From Podarcis gaigeae (taxonomy: Eukaryota), in assembly GCA_964106915.2 (NCBI GenBank), contig OZ066923.1: 64,000 nt of DNA, one strand, 5' to 3'. A model generated the notes under the pieces. That model saw only the letters and a program-made list of their open reading frames with translations, did no database searches and was not told the origin of the DNA. Positions 24,387-37,536 of this stretch are shown piece after piece (position 1 is the stretch's first letter; each line of letters opens with the position of its first letter). The translations under genes and the position numbers were made by a program.

Positions 24387-26420
24387 AGCAAAACGGCCAG
24401 CAATCTCGATGTGCCTTCTAAGAAGATGCCAGCTTGCTGTGTGATGTATGACTGCTGCATAAAATGTGCTGGAAGAGCCCTTTTAACTTCCTTGAAAATA
24501 ACAGGTGCCTCTTAGATTCTGCCATATCTTAGCTGGGCCAGAAAAGATTTGTAAGACAGCCTTGTATTTAAGAACTCGCTGAAAAGCCATAGCCAACCAG
24601 GAATTCCATGTGGGCAAGTGAACCGAGGGAGAGGGTGATTTGTCCTCCTTACACCAGCCCATTTGGTAAAAGGCACTGTAAAAAACTAGGCTGCTAAGAG
24701 GCTGGTATCCTCCATTTCGGTGTTGGGTGCAGAGCAGGCTAACTTTATCAAAATTGCAGGTTACTACTTTTTTTTGGGGGGGGGGGTTGCCTTAAGAACT
24801 AATGGCAAAGTTCGGAATACAGGTAGGCTAATGAGCTAGCACTCCCTTCCAAACCCTGCCACAGAAAGCCAGTCCATACAGGCAACAAAACAGAAGAAGC
24901 AGTGCAAGAGATCTGCAATTCTTGCTCCACTTCTGCTGCAACATGGATGTGGATGCTTGAGATCCACTTAGCTTCCATGATGACTTGTGCCTATTCTTCG
25001 AGTGTAAACAACTATTGATTTGTGCTGGCATGTTGATCAGGCAACTTCTCCAAATGGTTGTCTACAAGCAACAGCAAAATCAGTTTCCTTAGTCCACAGC
25101 TGGTTAGAAATTGGTGATGGTAATGTGCAAGTTTGATCCCCGTATGGGAGAGCTGCGTATTCCTGCATTGCAGGGGTTTGGACCAGGCGATCCTCAGGGT
25201 CCCTTCCAACTCTACGATTCCATTACATAATTAGCTGTTTATGATCTTTAAAAAGGAAAACTTCCTTACATTTTCTTAGAAGAGAAGTTCTATGGCAATT
25301 ACAAGAAATCCTAGGGAGGCCAAATTGTCCTATCCAGACCAATTCCTGCAATTCTACAGGGGGAATCTGAGGACAAAAAGAGAAGCAAATTTTCTGATGG
25401 AAGCTCAAAAAGCAACATAACATATGATGCAGAAGGTGAACTTCTGCGGAAAGGGCCTTGGGATGTAATCATAACCCCACTTACTAGCAGCAAGTGCCAT
25501 TGAATTCAATAATGTTGTGGAACTATCGCAGTCAAAACCCAATACTTTGGGTGCTGCCTGGAACGGCCAACAGAAACCAGACATCAATTACCAGTAAAAC
25601 AGGGGGGGGGGGGAATTAGGTATTACATGGCCAGTACCACCTCAACCAACAAGTACTATGGAGTGGTACACCAAATATGAAAACAGCACAAGCATTTATA
25701 CACTTAGAAGTAGAAGGGCAGTTATGACTATATCTGACACTTGCTTCTCCTGCCTTTGTACTTAACAGTTATAGCAATAGTTCCTGCATGTTGTTCTGTT
25801 CTTCTCTCATGGTTTTCTTGCAAGCACAATCTTCACAACCCAACCAAGCCCGTCTCTCACACATTTCAGTTTTCATTGTATAATCACAGAATCAGAGTTG
25901 GAAGGGACCGCAAGGGTAATCCAGTCCAGCCCCCTGCCTGCAATGCAGGAATCTCTTGCAAAACATGGGGCTAGGAGTCTCATGCACTACCAACTGAGCT
26001 ATCCCCAAAATCAATAATTTCTCCAACAATGGGATGTGTACATCAGAGTAGCCATAGGTAGCCATAGAAAGACCAAAGGACATTTTCCAACTAGAACTGT
26101 TTTACCTCTAGGTGTCAAAATAAGAGAAGAATTTTACCCCTGAAGATTATGTTTTCCTTTGGACAACATCAGCGAGGCCAAGGGCACAGGACCTCCACAC
26201 ACGCTGCCCAGGCTTGTGCCCCAGGGAAGTCACTTTAGTGCTGCTAACACAGCTGTTTGACTTCACCCTTGGGGACACACTCCATTGCCTCATGAGACAG
26301 ACAGGTGCCAACAATCAGGCAGATTGCACGTTACTGACAATTTTCATTTTTGAGATGTACTCTGAAAAACTTTTGGTTTTCCAAAAGAGGCCAGAGTTTG
26401 AACTTGGTTGTGTGCATGTA

Positions 26421-26430
26421 AATAAATAAA
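26421..26430 (+). terminator. Candidate TBXAS1 polyadenylation signal (overlapping AATAAA x2)
   Basis: First AATAAA I could find downstream of the TBXAS1 stop (about 2 kb); no transcript evidence. Confidence 0.35.
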
Positions 26431-26687
26431 TAAGCAGAACTGCCATCCAACATATATGCTACATAGTATTTTATATACTTGGGCCTCAAATTTAAGTGCT
26501 ATCCTGGAGCTAACCAGACCAAGGAACAAGGTGGAGCAATTTGTTCTGTTTATTCAAGTAAATCCTTTGTGCAGCCATCCTAGGTGAGTGTCTGCAGCAC
26601 AGGTCTGCACAGGTATGCAATTGATTATAGCTATTTTGAAAAAATAGTTACAAATCCACATTGGCCTTAGTAGCAGAAAATCTACAG

Positions 26688-26867
26688 CAGGCATGCCCAA
26701 AGTCCGTTTCAGGGGCCTAATCCGGCCCCACCAGTCGGTTTAATCTGGCCCTGTGGCAGTTTATTTCCTGGGGTAAAATCCTAAGAAAAGGTTGCCCTTC
26801 GGTCGGCCCTCACGGCCCTTCACTTCATCAAATCTGGCCCTCTTTGAAAAAAGTTTGGACACCACTG
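26688..26867. mobile_element. hAT (Charlie-like) MITE
   Basis: CAGGCATGCCCAAA / TTTGGACACCACTG termini; perfect 8-bp TSD ATCTACAG. Confidence 0.8.
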
Positions 26868-29800
26868 ATCTACAGCTTCTTACTGTCTTCTATAATAGGA
26901 GTGGAATGGTTTGGTGGGTTTAGTTTCCCTAGGGGTGAAAAGGTTACAAATGAGTAGCAACTGCAAAACTGCAGCCATTTTAAACCACAAGAAAAACCCC
27001 AAAGTAACCTTTTTCCATCTCATTTTTGAAAGCAGAAAATTTATGTTCTGTTATCTTGAGAGATATCAAGTAAATTGGGCTACTGTTGAAAAATACTTAA
27101 GGGGGCAAGTTGTATTACAATGCAGTTCTGTCTACACAAAAATAAGGCCTAGTCGTTTCAGTGGCCTTCGACCAGAGAACACAGGAACTTAAATGGGGTA
27201 TTTTAAAACCAAACCATCGAAAGTACAGTTTTATGAGGATATCCTCCAGTTCCCAAAGTCAATCTTGACAAATGCAGTTTAACTGTCTAATCTTACCAAA
27301 CAATGGAGGCATTTTGTGAATGTTAACTGGCTGCAAAAATAGTTATGATTTAGAGCACATTCATTAACCTTTTCAGTTAATGGGCTGTCCTGCGAATTGT
27401 GTTGGAAAACGTACAAAGCTGCCTCACACAAAGTCAGACCAGAGGTCCAAGTATTATAAGGTTATGTGTGTACTCTGGCTAGCAGAAACTCTCCACTGTT
27501 TCAGGGAGGAGCCTGTCACAGCTGAGATGCCAGGGACTCAACCTGGGACACTCTGAATGCCAGGAATGCACTACATCACGAAGCTATGGCTCTTCCTCAG
27601 TAGAAGGCAACTTTTAAAAACTGAAAATATTGAGAGTGGTTAACCAGTTACAACTGCAACCCCCCCCCCCCAATACTTTCACTCAGAAGTGGTACCTGCA
27701 TCAATCAACTTGAACTTACCTTCCAAGTAAATCAAGATTTAGTTCACTTCCTAGTGAAAAGCAAACGAAATCAACAAATAAGTCTCTGACATACATATTC
27801 ACAGCGATTGTTGTACACTACAAGAGTGACATAACAGAAGTGGACTTTTGTTTGTGGAACAGGAAATTCCTCTCTCCACCTTCTATTGTGCCCTGGGGGG
27901 GGGGCCTTTAGGCCAGGAAGGGGAACTGCTTTTGCCCAATCCATTCTGCTGCCAGAAAGGCACGACTGTATAGTATTCTAGGACTACATTCTCCATTGCC
28001 AGTTACTGAACTGACATATGCCTGTAATGGTAGCGCCTTCTTCCCAAGAACCTAAATTCACAAGAATAGTGCAGTTAGATGTGCTGCAATATGCTGAGGT
28101 ACAGGGGCACTCATGAACAACACAACACAATTGGAGCTTTACACAACACCAGATGTATAACTTAAAAAGCAGGGCGCAATTTTCCTTTTGAGTGCTGGAT
28201 GTGCCCCTCATTAAAGAATCTCAGGGCCAAACTGGACACGACTTGTGCTGCCAGATTTGCTTAATCTTTTAAAATTATTATTAGCAATACAGTAGTGTGT
28301 GTGCCTCAACTATTAACAATGAAATAGGTATGTAAGTGAGGGGAGCAGAGACCTCTCAAAAATAAACTCCACTATTCCACTGCTTCACGCTTTTTTCTCC
28401 CAAGGCTGTCTCGCTTCTGGGATCAGAGCCAACTATGAAGGATGGGTGCGGGGAGGTAATTCTGTTAACCAAGTGCAGGGAGGCAAAACAGGTGAAGCTT
28501 GCATCCTCTGCATACCCCTTTTTGATATCTGCATCAGGCATCTCCTACTAACCCTCTTCTGATGCCTGAACTAGACAGACATATATGATTCAAGATCTAC
28601 AGCTCAGCTTCCACTTGCTTAGCCACAAGGCAGTTGGCAATGAGAAAGTCAACACATCACATTAATTTGTTCATTGGATAATTACAGCATGCGCAGTAAG
28701 CACTATAGACATGGCAAATGGCAACACAACTCCTGAAAGCTCAAAGTGTTATCAAGTTTCAGGGTGGCAGAACTCTACTATGAAACTTCCACATTAAGAT
28801 CTCAGGGAGGAGAGGAAGGGGGCCAAAATATAGATGTTTTGGGGATGTGTGTTGTTTTGGCTGAAGTTTGCTCCATACAAGATGCTTTTCACATGGATTT
28901 GTGGCTAATTGTCCGAAAGAAAAGCAGAAAACCTGTTGCTGTGACAGAGTGATTATTTTAGTTGCTATGATTATTACAATGAAGCACCTTCAATGAATTC
29001 TTTTGTCTCTGCTTTAAACTGCACATTTAAAAATAATCGGGGAAAGGAACTGTGCTTCTTCATAGATGACTCTAACAATACTTTTCTGAGTAAACAAGCA
29101 TTTAAACTGCTATTATTGATTACTAAATGTGAAGCATTTGTATATTTGCTTTTACTGGCTAATTGACAATTTTTTACATTTACAAAATAAAGGTATTTTG
29201 AAAGAGTTCGTATATACTTATCGTTTTTCCTGTGTTTCTTTGTGGTGCTATTTTATCCTATGGCAGAGGCAGCCCATCTTCATCACAACTCTCCCCAAAC
29301 TCGCATGGATATCTTTTTATTGTAGCCCTACAGAGCACCTCTGACCGATGGCAGTACTTTCTCCTACTGGAAACATCTTCCGTGGCCCCAATCCAACTCT
29401 AGCAGCATAAAGTTATATGTAATTAGCTGCACCAGAATGAACATCCAAGTGAAAACAATGAAGTATGAATGGGTCACCTTTACATTAGGATGTCCATCTA
29501 CTGTACTCCCAACACCCACTCATCCAGAGACATCAACATGCCAAAAGCAGCTTCTGTATACGGCTCTCTGGATAGGACATGTATATCATTCTCCCTTTCT
29601 AGGCAAGCCTCTAGTTTCTCTTTCCAGTCCCCCAAAATAACATCTTTTCAAGAAAAGTTATTTACTGGATTGCCCATAAACTAATGGCTTCCATACTTTA
29701 TCCTGGTTAATGCCAACCAACCACCACTCTTTGCTACTCATCTTTCTTCAAATATAATTTTATCTCTACAGCCCTATTTGCAAAAATGTAATTCACATCC

Positions 29801-30996
29801 TCTATGCAGCATATCTATTGATGCCAAATGAACATTAAGTGGTGTTGTCCTGCTGTTGGGCAACTTACGGAACACAGAAACAGAGATCTTAAAAAGCAAA
29901 AACAGCACCACAAACTCAGGAGCCTTTTTAACTCCAGTCGTTTTAATTCACTTAAAAGACAGATGCATTGCGCGAAAAGGATCGATGCAAATGATACCAG
30001 ACAGTATCCACTCGAATCTCACAATACTGAAATGCTTTACAGCTATAAGCTAGAGAGCATGTCAACTAGAGTTTCAACAGTGTCTTGAGGAACTCAACGC
30101 AAGACCAGCAAAACACATTCACTGCTTAAAAACTGAGCCGTTTAAAAAACCAATCCCAGTATTAATCAGTTATTCAACCAGTTAAGCCCCTCAATGGGCT
30201 TAAGTTAAATGATGCATCCAGCCAACTCTATCCACCAAGCTATAACAGCTAAACTTCAGGAGTGGGTTAGGAAAGGGCAGGATTTCAGAGGAACAGCCAG
30301 GAGTTTGTAGTGATCTCCCGATTGTTCCTTAGCTTCCGCATGCCCAAACTATTGCAGCCAGATTAAAGCCACCTTTGTTGATATAGCACATGTATATATG
30401 CAATGGTGAGTTTCCAAAACTTTTCCAATACTGATTTCCCCAGGTTGCCTATGATGAAGGCTGTCATGCAGATAAACTAAGAGGGCACTGTTTCAGGAAA
30501 GGGAAATCCTAGTGAGTACATTTTGTTATAGCATGGAGTTGAGACCCCCCAGGGTCATCTAGTCCAACCCCCTGCAGTGCGGGAATCTCAGCTAAAGTAC
30601 CCATGACAGAGGGCCATCCAATCTCTGCTTAAAAGCCTCCAAGGAAGGAGAAACTACAATGTCCCAAGGGAGAACTGGAATCAACACTGCTAAAATAAAA
30701 GGGCAGAAAAGTCATAGGAGAGTAAGCTGCGGCATTTGGCTTGCTGATGGAAAACAGCAGTCGTTGCCTAGAGTCATAAAGTATTACTGACCCAAGCCAC
30801 AAAAAAATATTCCACTGTTGGGAATGAAAATAAATGACACTCACAAGCTGCACTAATGATATCAAGCTTCAATGTGCATCCTGCAGGGGGCGGGGCAGGT
30901 AGAAATGGAGGCAGTGGTCTCTGGACTGCGTAGCAGGTCATTAGACAACCATTTCAAGAGGTTTCACATAAGACCTGTTGCACTTCACTAACATAG

Positions 30997-31345
30997 GTAA
31001 AGGGACCCCTGGTCATTAGATCCAGTCGCGGGCGACTGGGGTTGCAGCGCTCATCTCGCTTTACTGGCCGAGGGAGCCGGCGTACAGCTTCCGGGTCATG
31101 TGGCCAGCATGACTAAGCCACGCCTGGCGAACCAGAGCAGCGCACGTAAATGGCGTTTACCTTCCCGCTGGAGTGGTACCTATTTATCTACTTGCACTGG
31201 CGTGCTTTTGAACTGCTAGGTTGGCAGGAGCTGGGACAGAGCAACGGGAGCTCACCCCGTCGCGGGGATTCGAACCGCCGACCTTCTGATCGGCAAGCTC
31301 AAGAGGCTCAGTGATTTAACCCACAGCACCACCCGTCTCCCTCTC
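30997..31345 (-). mobile_element. Sauria SINE in the likely PARP12 3' UTR
   Basis: Reverse complement of the Sauria SINE; TSD CTAACATAG. Confidence 0.88.
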
Positions 31346-31730
31346 CTAACATAGTCTTAGTCAATTAAAGCTTGTATGATTAATCAATCAAATCTTATGC
31401 TCACAAATAAAATAATAGCCGTGGTGAAGGAAGAATTGCTTTGAGACTATCTCAAAGAAGTCATTCCCTCCTGTGAAAGAGAAAGTAGGCCTTTCCTAAC
31501 GAGGTGCTTACCACCCACAGATGTGTCAGGAACTTACACAGGAACTTAAAACAATTATGGTTTGGTGTTTGTTTGTTTGTTTTTAAAAAGACTGCCCAAA
31601 TTAACCAGGAACACTTTTAAAATATCTGTATCTCAATAAGTAAAACACCACATTCCTAATATAAAATGTCTGCTGAAAGCAGCCCGCAAGACAGATAAGC
31701 AATGTTATACGCTCCAAAGTAAAGCTCCTC

Positions 31731-31990
31731 CTAATTTCTGTATTCTATGAGGTATTCGGGATAGATCTGGTGCTTCTCAAAAATGACAAAGATGGATGGA
31801 TTCTGGGTGCTATTCACACAACTGTCATAGAAGACTGAGTTCTGGCTGTCATTGGCAGGAGGGCGGAGGTAGGAAGACACACCATTCGTAAACTCCCCAA
31901 CCAACACTCTGGCCAGAAACATGGTCTTGACAGAAGAATTGCTTTTGGTGTAGTTATCAGAATACGAAGCATCTCTTGCAAAGTAGCTTC
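31731..31990 (-). CDS. PARP12: PARP12 exon 12, terminal coding exon
   Basis: tttacag acceptor; GSYFARDASYSDNY...MFLARVLVGEF...YLRPP...[35 protein letters not shown]; H-Y-I triad typical of mono-ADP-ribosyltransferases; the 12 exons sum to 2004 nt in frame; position tail-to-tail with TBXAS1 supports PARP12 over ZC3HAV1. Confidence 0.95.
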
Positions 31991-32319
31991 CTGTAAAGGG
32001 GAGAGGGAGTGGAAAGAGACAAAAAAGAAACAGCGCAGAGTAAGGCTACTGACTATTAGTTCAAGGTGGTACAGCAGATGCAACATTAGCAAATCATCCA
32101 ATAGAAGCTTTACTGTAAGGCCAAAAAAGTAGAATGTTCTTCAAGTTTTCTCACATCAACTGCCCATCTAGGCTGCTCACTGTCCTGCCTCTAAGACAGC
32201 AATCTAAAGTACACTTCCTTATAAGTCTCACCGTTCTTTGCAAACCACCCTTTCCCACCCTTAAATTATAAGCAATCCACTTTTCCTTCTGCACAATAGT
32301 TTTAACAGAATGAAGTTAC

Positions 32320-32471
32320 CTTTGCCATAGGCTGTGCCGTGGACGCCGCAGATCCTCCAATCAAAGTTCTGCTGGCAGATAGCATCAATGTGGTCTTTTT
32401 TGGTCCCGTGAAATAACTGTCTTTCATCCACATCGTTTCCCCCATTTGCCTTCTTCATTTGTTCTTTCTGC
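32320..32471 (-). CDS. PARP12: PARP12 exon 11, PARP domain (catalytic His)
   Basis: tttgtag acceptor, gtaact donor; QKEQMKKANGGNDVDERQLFHGTKKDHIDAICQQNFDWRICGVHGTAYGK; 152 bp. Confidence 0.95.
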
Positions 32472-33850
32472 CTACAAAGAAGCAAATATTTCAAAGTTCC
32501 CTAATGCAGAAACACCCAGGATCTGACAAGAGAGAGCACTGCTTTAGCATAAGCTTCATCCACCCAGGGCTCAAGATTTGCCAATGCAACCCTGCTCCAG
32601 ATAACATCAATGATGCATCTTTTCTGTAGTGCCCCCACCTGTTCAGAACTCCATCTTCTCAGTGAATGAAAACTTGTGTTTTCTACTTTGCATCTTCAGC
32701 AGTTAAGCTCTGATGTTTTGCTCTGTCTTGCTTTTTTGCCTACTGGCCCTTAGATTTTACACATTATTTATTATTATGATTATTTATTGCAAACCACTAT
32801 GGAGTCTTTGTAGATCCAAACAGTCTATACATACAGTAAGGCTGCAACCCTGGTACCACTAACTTCATTCAACAGGAATAAGCCCCACTGAATTCAACAG
32901 GACTTACTTCTGAGTATGGATGGTTGGGACTGCACTGTAAATAAGCAAGTAAATCACACATTTCTTAAGTCATCATCAGATGTTTTGGTGCAAGAGGCTA
33001 AACATTCATAACTAATACAGGAGCTTTGTATAAGGCTGCCTGTTCCTTTCCAACTGCCCAACTCAGCCACGCTAATGTGATTTTGCACAATTCAACAGTG
33101 TTTTGAGCTCAGATCCAAAAACTAAATGCATGCACGGTGCCTGTCAGAAGTTGTTTTCGAGTATCTTAAGATCACTTTCTTCCACCTCAAGTCTAAAGGG
33201 ATGTGCTTGGATTAAGAAATAATCAAGAGAGCAACTCTCCTGTATTCTGACATGGCGCCAGATAGCATTATAAATGTCGCCAATCAGGATATGTAGAAAA
33301 CATAGTGGCCACTTATGAGAGGCACATATATATTCCTATAACAATGTGAACCCAGTTCCAAAACTGAGAAGCAGTCACTTGGATCAGATTATCAAAACTG
33401 GTTTCATATACAGAGCAAAAATGACAAAACTCTGAGGAAAAGAAACAGCAACATAATTTTCTACTTTCAGTTTTGCTTCCTGTTTCAATTACTGCAAAAG
33501 AAACAGAACTGAAATCTACACACAAACAAGTCAGGGTCTTTGTGGAGCAAAAGTACAGGCACAAACATTGTGCCGTGGTGGCGAAGCAGCCTCCCAACTT
33601 CCAAAATGCACCATGGTCTAGTTCAAAGCTTCTGATGGGAAGTTCTGTGCAAAATCGACCACCTGGATACTTGCACATCTGCAGTATCTCAGAGAGCTCA
33701 GAGGGGGCTGGTTGGATATGTGTATGTTTTCCCCAAGGGGGAAACAAAAAGGAGGGAGGATAGATGGGGAAACGGCAAGGAAAAAGACTTGGAACTGCCC
33801 CCATCCCTGCCCCTCCTCAACACCATGGTCCTGGATCTATCCCAAGCTTA

Positions 33851-34189
33851 AAGGTAAAGGGAACCCTGACCATTAGGTCCAGTCGTGACCAACTCTGGTC
33901 ATCTCACTTTATTGGCCGAGGGAGCCGGCGTACAGCTTCCGGGTCATGTGGCCAGCATGACTAAGCCGCTTCTGGTGAACCAGAGCAGCGCACGGAAATG
34001 CCGTTTACCTTCCCGCTGGAGCGGGACCTATTTATCTACTTGCACTTTGACGGGCTTTTGAACTGCTAGGCTGGCAGGAGCAGGGACCGAACAATGAGAG
34101 GTCACCCCATCACGGGGATTCGAACCGCTGACCTTCTGATCGGCAAGCCCTAGGCTCTGTGGTTTAACCCACAGCGCCACCTGCGTCCC
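33851..34189 (-). mobile_element. Sauria SINE (PARP12 intron 10)
   Basis: Full length on minus; TSD ATCCCAAGCTTA. Confidence 0.9.
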
Positions 34190-34499
34190 ATCCCAAGCTT
34201 AGACGCTTCCAATAAATTTAGGCATGGATGTCCTATCACCTTCTTACTTGGCCCAAACACCAAAATATCCCTGCATTGCAGGAGGTTGGACTAGGTGGCC
34301 CTCGTGGTCCCTTCCAACTCCACAGTTCTCTGATTCTATGAACACTGCCTGAGTATTTAAACACTGAGGAACACAACAGGACTTCAATCCAGCACTCGGG
34401 AATCTTTTCGGATCTCCGCTACGCAGCAGTAAATCTGGGCTTTGGAAAAGTAAAGAGAAAACCAGTTACATAACACCAGAGCAATGAATTTGCACTTAC

Positions 34500-34630
34500 C
34501 ACCGATATACTTCCCACAGAGCCAAATTCTGGATTCTTTTGACGCTCATAATCAATGCATTTGGCATCGTGCGCTGAAAATTAACCTGGACATTTCTGTA
34601 CTCCTTGGAAGATGGGAGAAGGGTGATCAG
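34500..34630 (-). CDS. PARP12: PARP12 exon 10, PARP domain
   Basis: ttgcag acceptor, gtaagt donor; LITLLPSSKEYRNVQVNFQRTMPNALIMSVKRIQNLALWEVYRW; 131 bp. Confidence 0.94.
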
Positions 34631-35683
34631 CTGCAAGGCAAAAGGTACAAAGATGCTTCATGAAAATGGCAGCAAGAGTAACTCATGTAACAAAGGTAAT
34701 TCCAAATGTGCATAAAGAAGATGTGGAGTAGCAGGCCAGAGGTGCAGGGCCCCTCAATACTGATGGCGGGGGGAGAAGGAGAGATAGGTTTTTGACCAGA
34801 CACTTAAAGGACAATCTCTTGGATCATCCTCATCTCTGGGGCAAAATGTAAGATTACTGATGCTGAATCGTTCTTAAAATATGACCTATTTTGTTATTCT
34901 TTAATCTTTATCTGTTGGTTCAGGAGTATAGAAGGTATCAGGCTTGAGAGAAGTATTCCTTGTAAACAGTTATTCAGCAACAGGATGTTACTAGATATGG
35001 AACACACATATAAGCCCTGCTATCCTACAGTAGGCTTTTAGCTACCTTTCTGAATGGCAAGGCACAGAGTTCTCATCTACACTCACCCTAATTCTTTGGT
35101 GCAGTGGCTTCCTGAATGGGAGAAGTCAGGGAACCCTTATCAAGTCAGGGAGCCCCTTCAAAGACAGTATTTAATGCTGTATCCTTGCATCTCCACAAAC
35201 CATTTGGCTAATGCATCTCGCCTTTCTCCTGACTTTTGGGAGACTGGCAAAACATTTATATTCTTTGAAGGGGTAAATAACTGCTAACATTGCCCCCCAA
35301 TGTTCCATTTTACTGGTTTTGTTCTTGAATTTTACTGGATAGGTTAGATATCACTTTATGGAAGCCATGAGGGATAAAAAGGAAAGCTACGAAGGAGGGA
35401 AATAGATAATAATGCACATCTCTCATCCTATCACCTTGCCAAAACACAAATTATGGTTCTGCAATAATCAGACTAAACTAATCTGAAAAGATGTGAGTAA
35501 AAGCGAATAGTTCTGGAGCATAGAATCAGCCAAGGAGAGTGCTAAAGCTGCCCTTTTCCTTTGGCAGAAGTTAATCATCATCATTGCACAGTGCCTGGAC
35601 ACAATGTCAGTAGGGAAGATGTCATATTGGGTATTGAGGCATTACAGGGACAGCCTGACCCCACACACTTCAGAGTATCCTAC

Positions 35684-35765
35684 CTTATATCCAAGTTCTG
35701 GCAAGGCTGACTGGTCCCAGTGAGCTGGAATGTGCGCATTGTCTCCTGTTGACTGCTTGGCCCCA
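35684..35765 (-). CDS. PARP12: PARP12 exon 9
   Basis: AAG-type acceptor, gtagga donor; SGAKQSTGDNAHIPAHWDQSALPELGYK (IPxxWD motif at the start of the PARP domain); 82 bp. Confidence 0.85.
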
Positions 35766-36721
35766 CTTTGCAATGGGAAGAGATCAAGCAATTAAGAATT
35801 AATGCTTACATATAATATTAAGCTGCCGGGGGAACACACACCTGCTGAATATGTGGTGAAGTGAACACATTCAAGTTTTGAATATTGCCTTAAAACCAAG
35901 TGTAAAGACACCAATTAAATTAAGGAGGGATTAAAGCTCCTGTTCAGCAAAACACCCATGCCAGAATCATAACCTTTCCGTCTACAGTACTAATCAGGAG
36001 GTTAAAACCCTGATCAGTAAGTCAAGTTTCCTAGGAAGTCGGTTTGAAAAGCAAGTGATGAGAGCTGGGTCAGCCCTAAAGGCACATTCCTGCCATGGAT
36101 ACGAAGTTCTCCACACCTCTTTTCCTTCCAGAATCCTTTATTTATGTTTATATCCCACCTTTCCTCAAAGGAGCTCAATGTAGCTTACAGAATTCCCCTC
36201 CTCCCCATTTTATGCTCACAGCAACCCTGTGAATTAGGGTAGGCTGAGAGTGGGTGACTGGCCCAAGGTCACTCAGTGAGCATCGTTACTGTATAGGGAT
36301 TTGAACCCTGGTCCCGCAGATCCTAGCCCGACACTACACTGGCTTGCTTTAGAGGACAGGCTCTCTCCCAGGAGCCTCCAGCTGCAGTCCTCTCGCTTAA
36401 AATAAAGGTTCACAACAGGGGAAAATAACAACAACCTAGAAGAAAAAATACTGAGATTGGCTGGTTCCCTCAACTATTGCAAAACGCTCTTTAGGTGTTT
36501 TAGGATTTCCTTTCATTCAAAGGTCCTGTCCCAGTGCACTTTGTTCTCTATTGTTGAACTCAAAACTCTGGAACACCCACAGTGGCCAGGCCTTATTACA
36601 GGTTGTGGCAACAATGCGAAAGGCAGACAGCAAGCATTCAATGCTTCCTTCTTTCATGAAATCCTCACTGATGTCCTTTGTAGTGCATAATCTCTATACA
36701 GTACAGACTTTGGTCACCAAC

Positions 36722-36818
36722 CTTTTCTTCTTCTTCTCTACTTCCTTTACAGACACAAACTTCGGTCGTCTTCGAACACTTCGTTCTGTCAGGTAACGCA
36801 GGTTTTTCTGTTTCATGG
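36722..36818 (-). CDS. PARP12: PARP12 exon 8
   Basis: ctccccag acceptor, gttggt donor; AMKQKNLRYLTERSVRRRPKFVSVKEVEKKKK; 97 bp. Confidence 0.9.
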
Positions 36819-36872
36819 CTGGGGAGAAGGGGGAAGCCAAAGAAATATTTAACAGTGCTTACATACAGAAGA

Positions 36873-37205
36873 GGGACACGGGTGGCGCTGTGGGTTAAAC
36901 CACAGAGCCTAGGGCTTGCCGATCAGAAGGTCGCGGTTCGAATCCCCGCAATGGGGTGAGCTCCCCTTGCTTGGTCCCTGCTCCTGCCAACCTAGCAGTT
37001 CAAAAGCACATCAAAGTGCAAGTAAATAGCTCTGATGGAAAGGTAAACGGCGTTTCCGTGCTCTGCTTCGCCAGAACTGGCTTAGTCATGCTGGCCACAT
37101 GACCTGGAAGCTGTACGCCGCCTCCCTCAGCCAATAAAGCGAGATGAGAGCCGCAACCCCAGAGCCGTCCACGACTGTACCTAATGGTCAGGGGTCCCTT
37201 TACCT
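36873..37205 (+). mobile_element. Sauria SINE (PARP12 intron 7)
   Basis: Full length on plus; TSD TTACATACAGAAGA. Confidence 0.9.
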
Positions 37206-37359
37206 TTACATACAGAAGAACATTTATTCCATTTGAAAACGCATTCTGCTGCCAAAGTCATTTATACTCCCTCTTAAAAGAGATCTGAATACCACTGGTT
37301 CCAATTTATAACCTAAAACAGAGAAGAGCCAGAAAACCTCTAGAGAACATTCCTTCCTT

Positions 37360-37536
37360 CAAAATCTTTTAGAATATAATCTGCAGGAAACTTCATCGCT
37401 GGCTGATGAAGCAGAGGTGAAACCAATTAATATGGGGCAAAATTGAAAGAAGGCCTATTTGGCTTCTGAAACTCCTGATTTAGAAGATAGGTCTCCATGC
37501 AAGGTCCATTCTATACCTGTACCACAGAAGCCATCT
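37360..37536 (+). repeat. 177-bp direct repeat, copy 1 (left flank of L1)
   Basis: Matches 38969-39145 at 175 of 177 positions. Confidence 0.92.
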
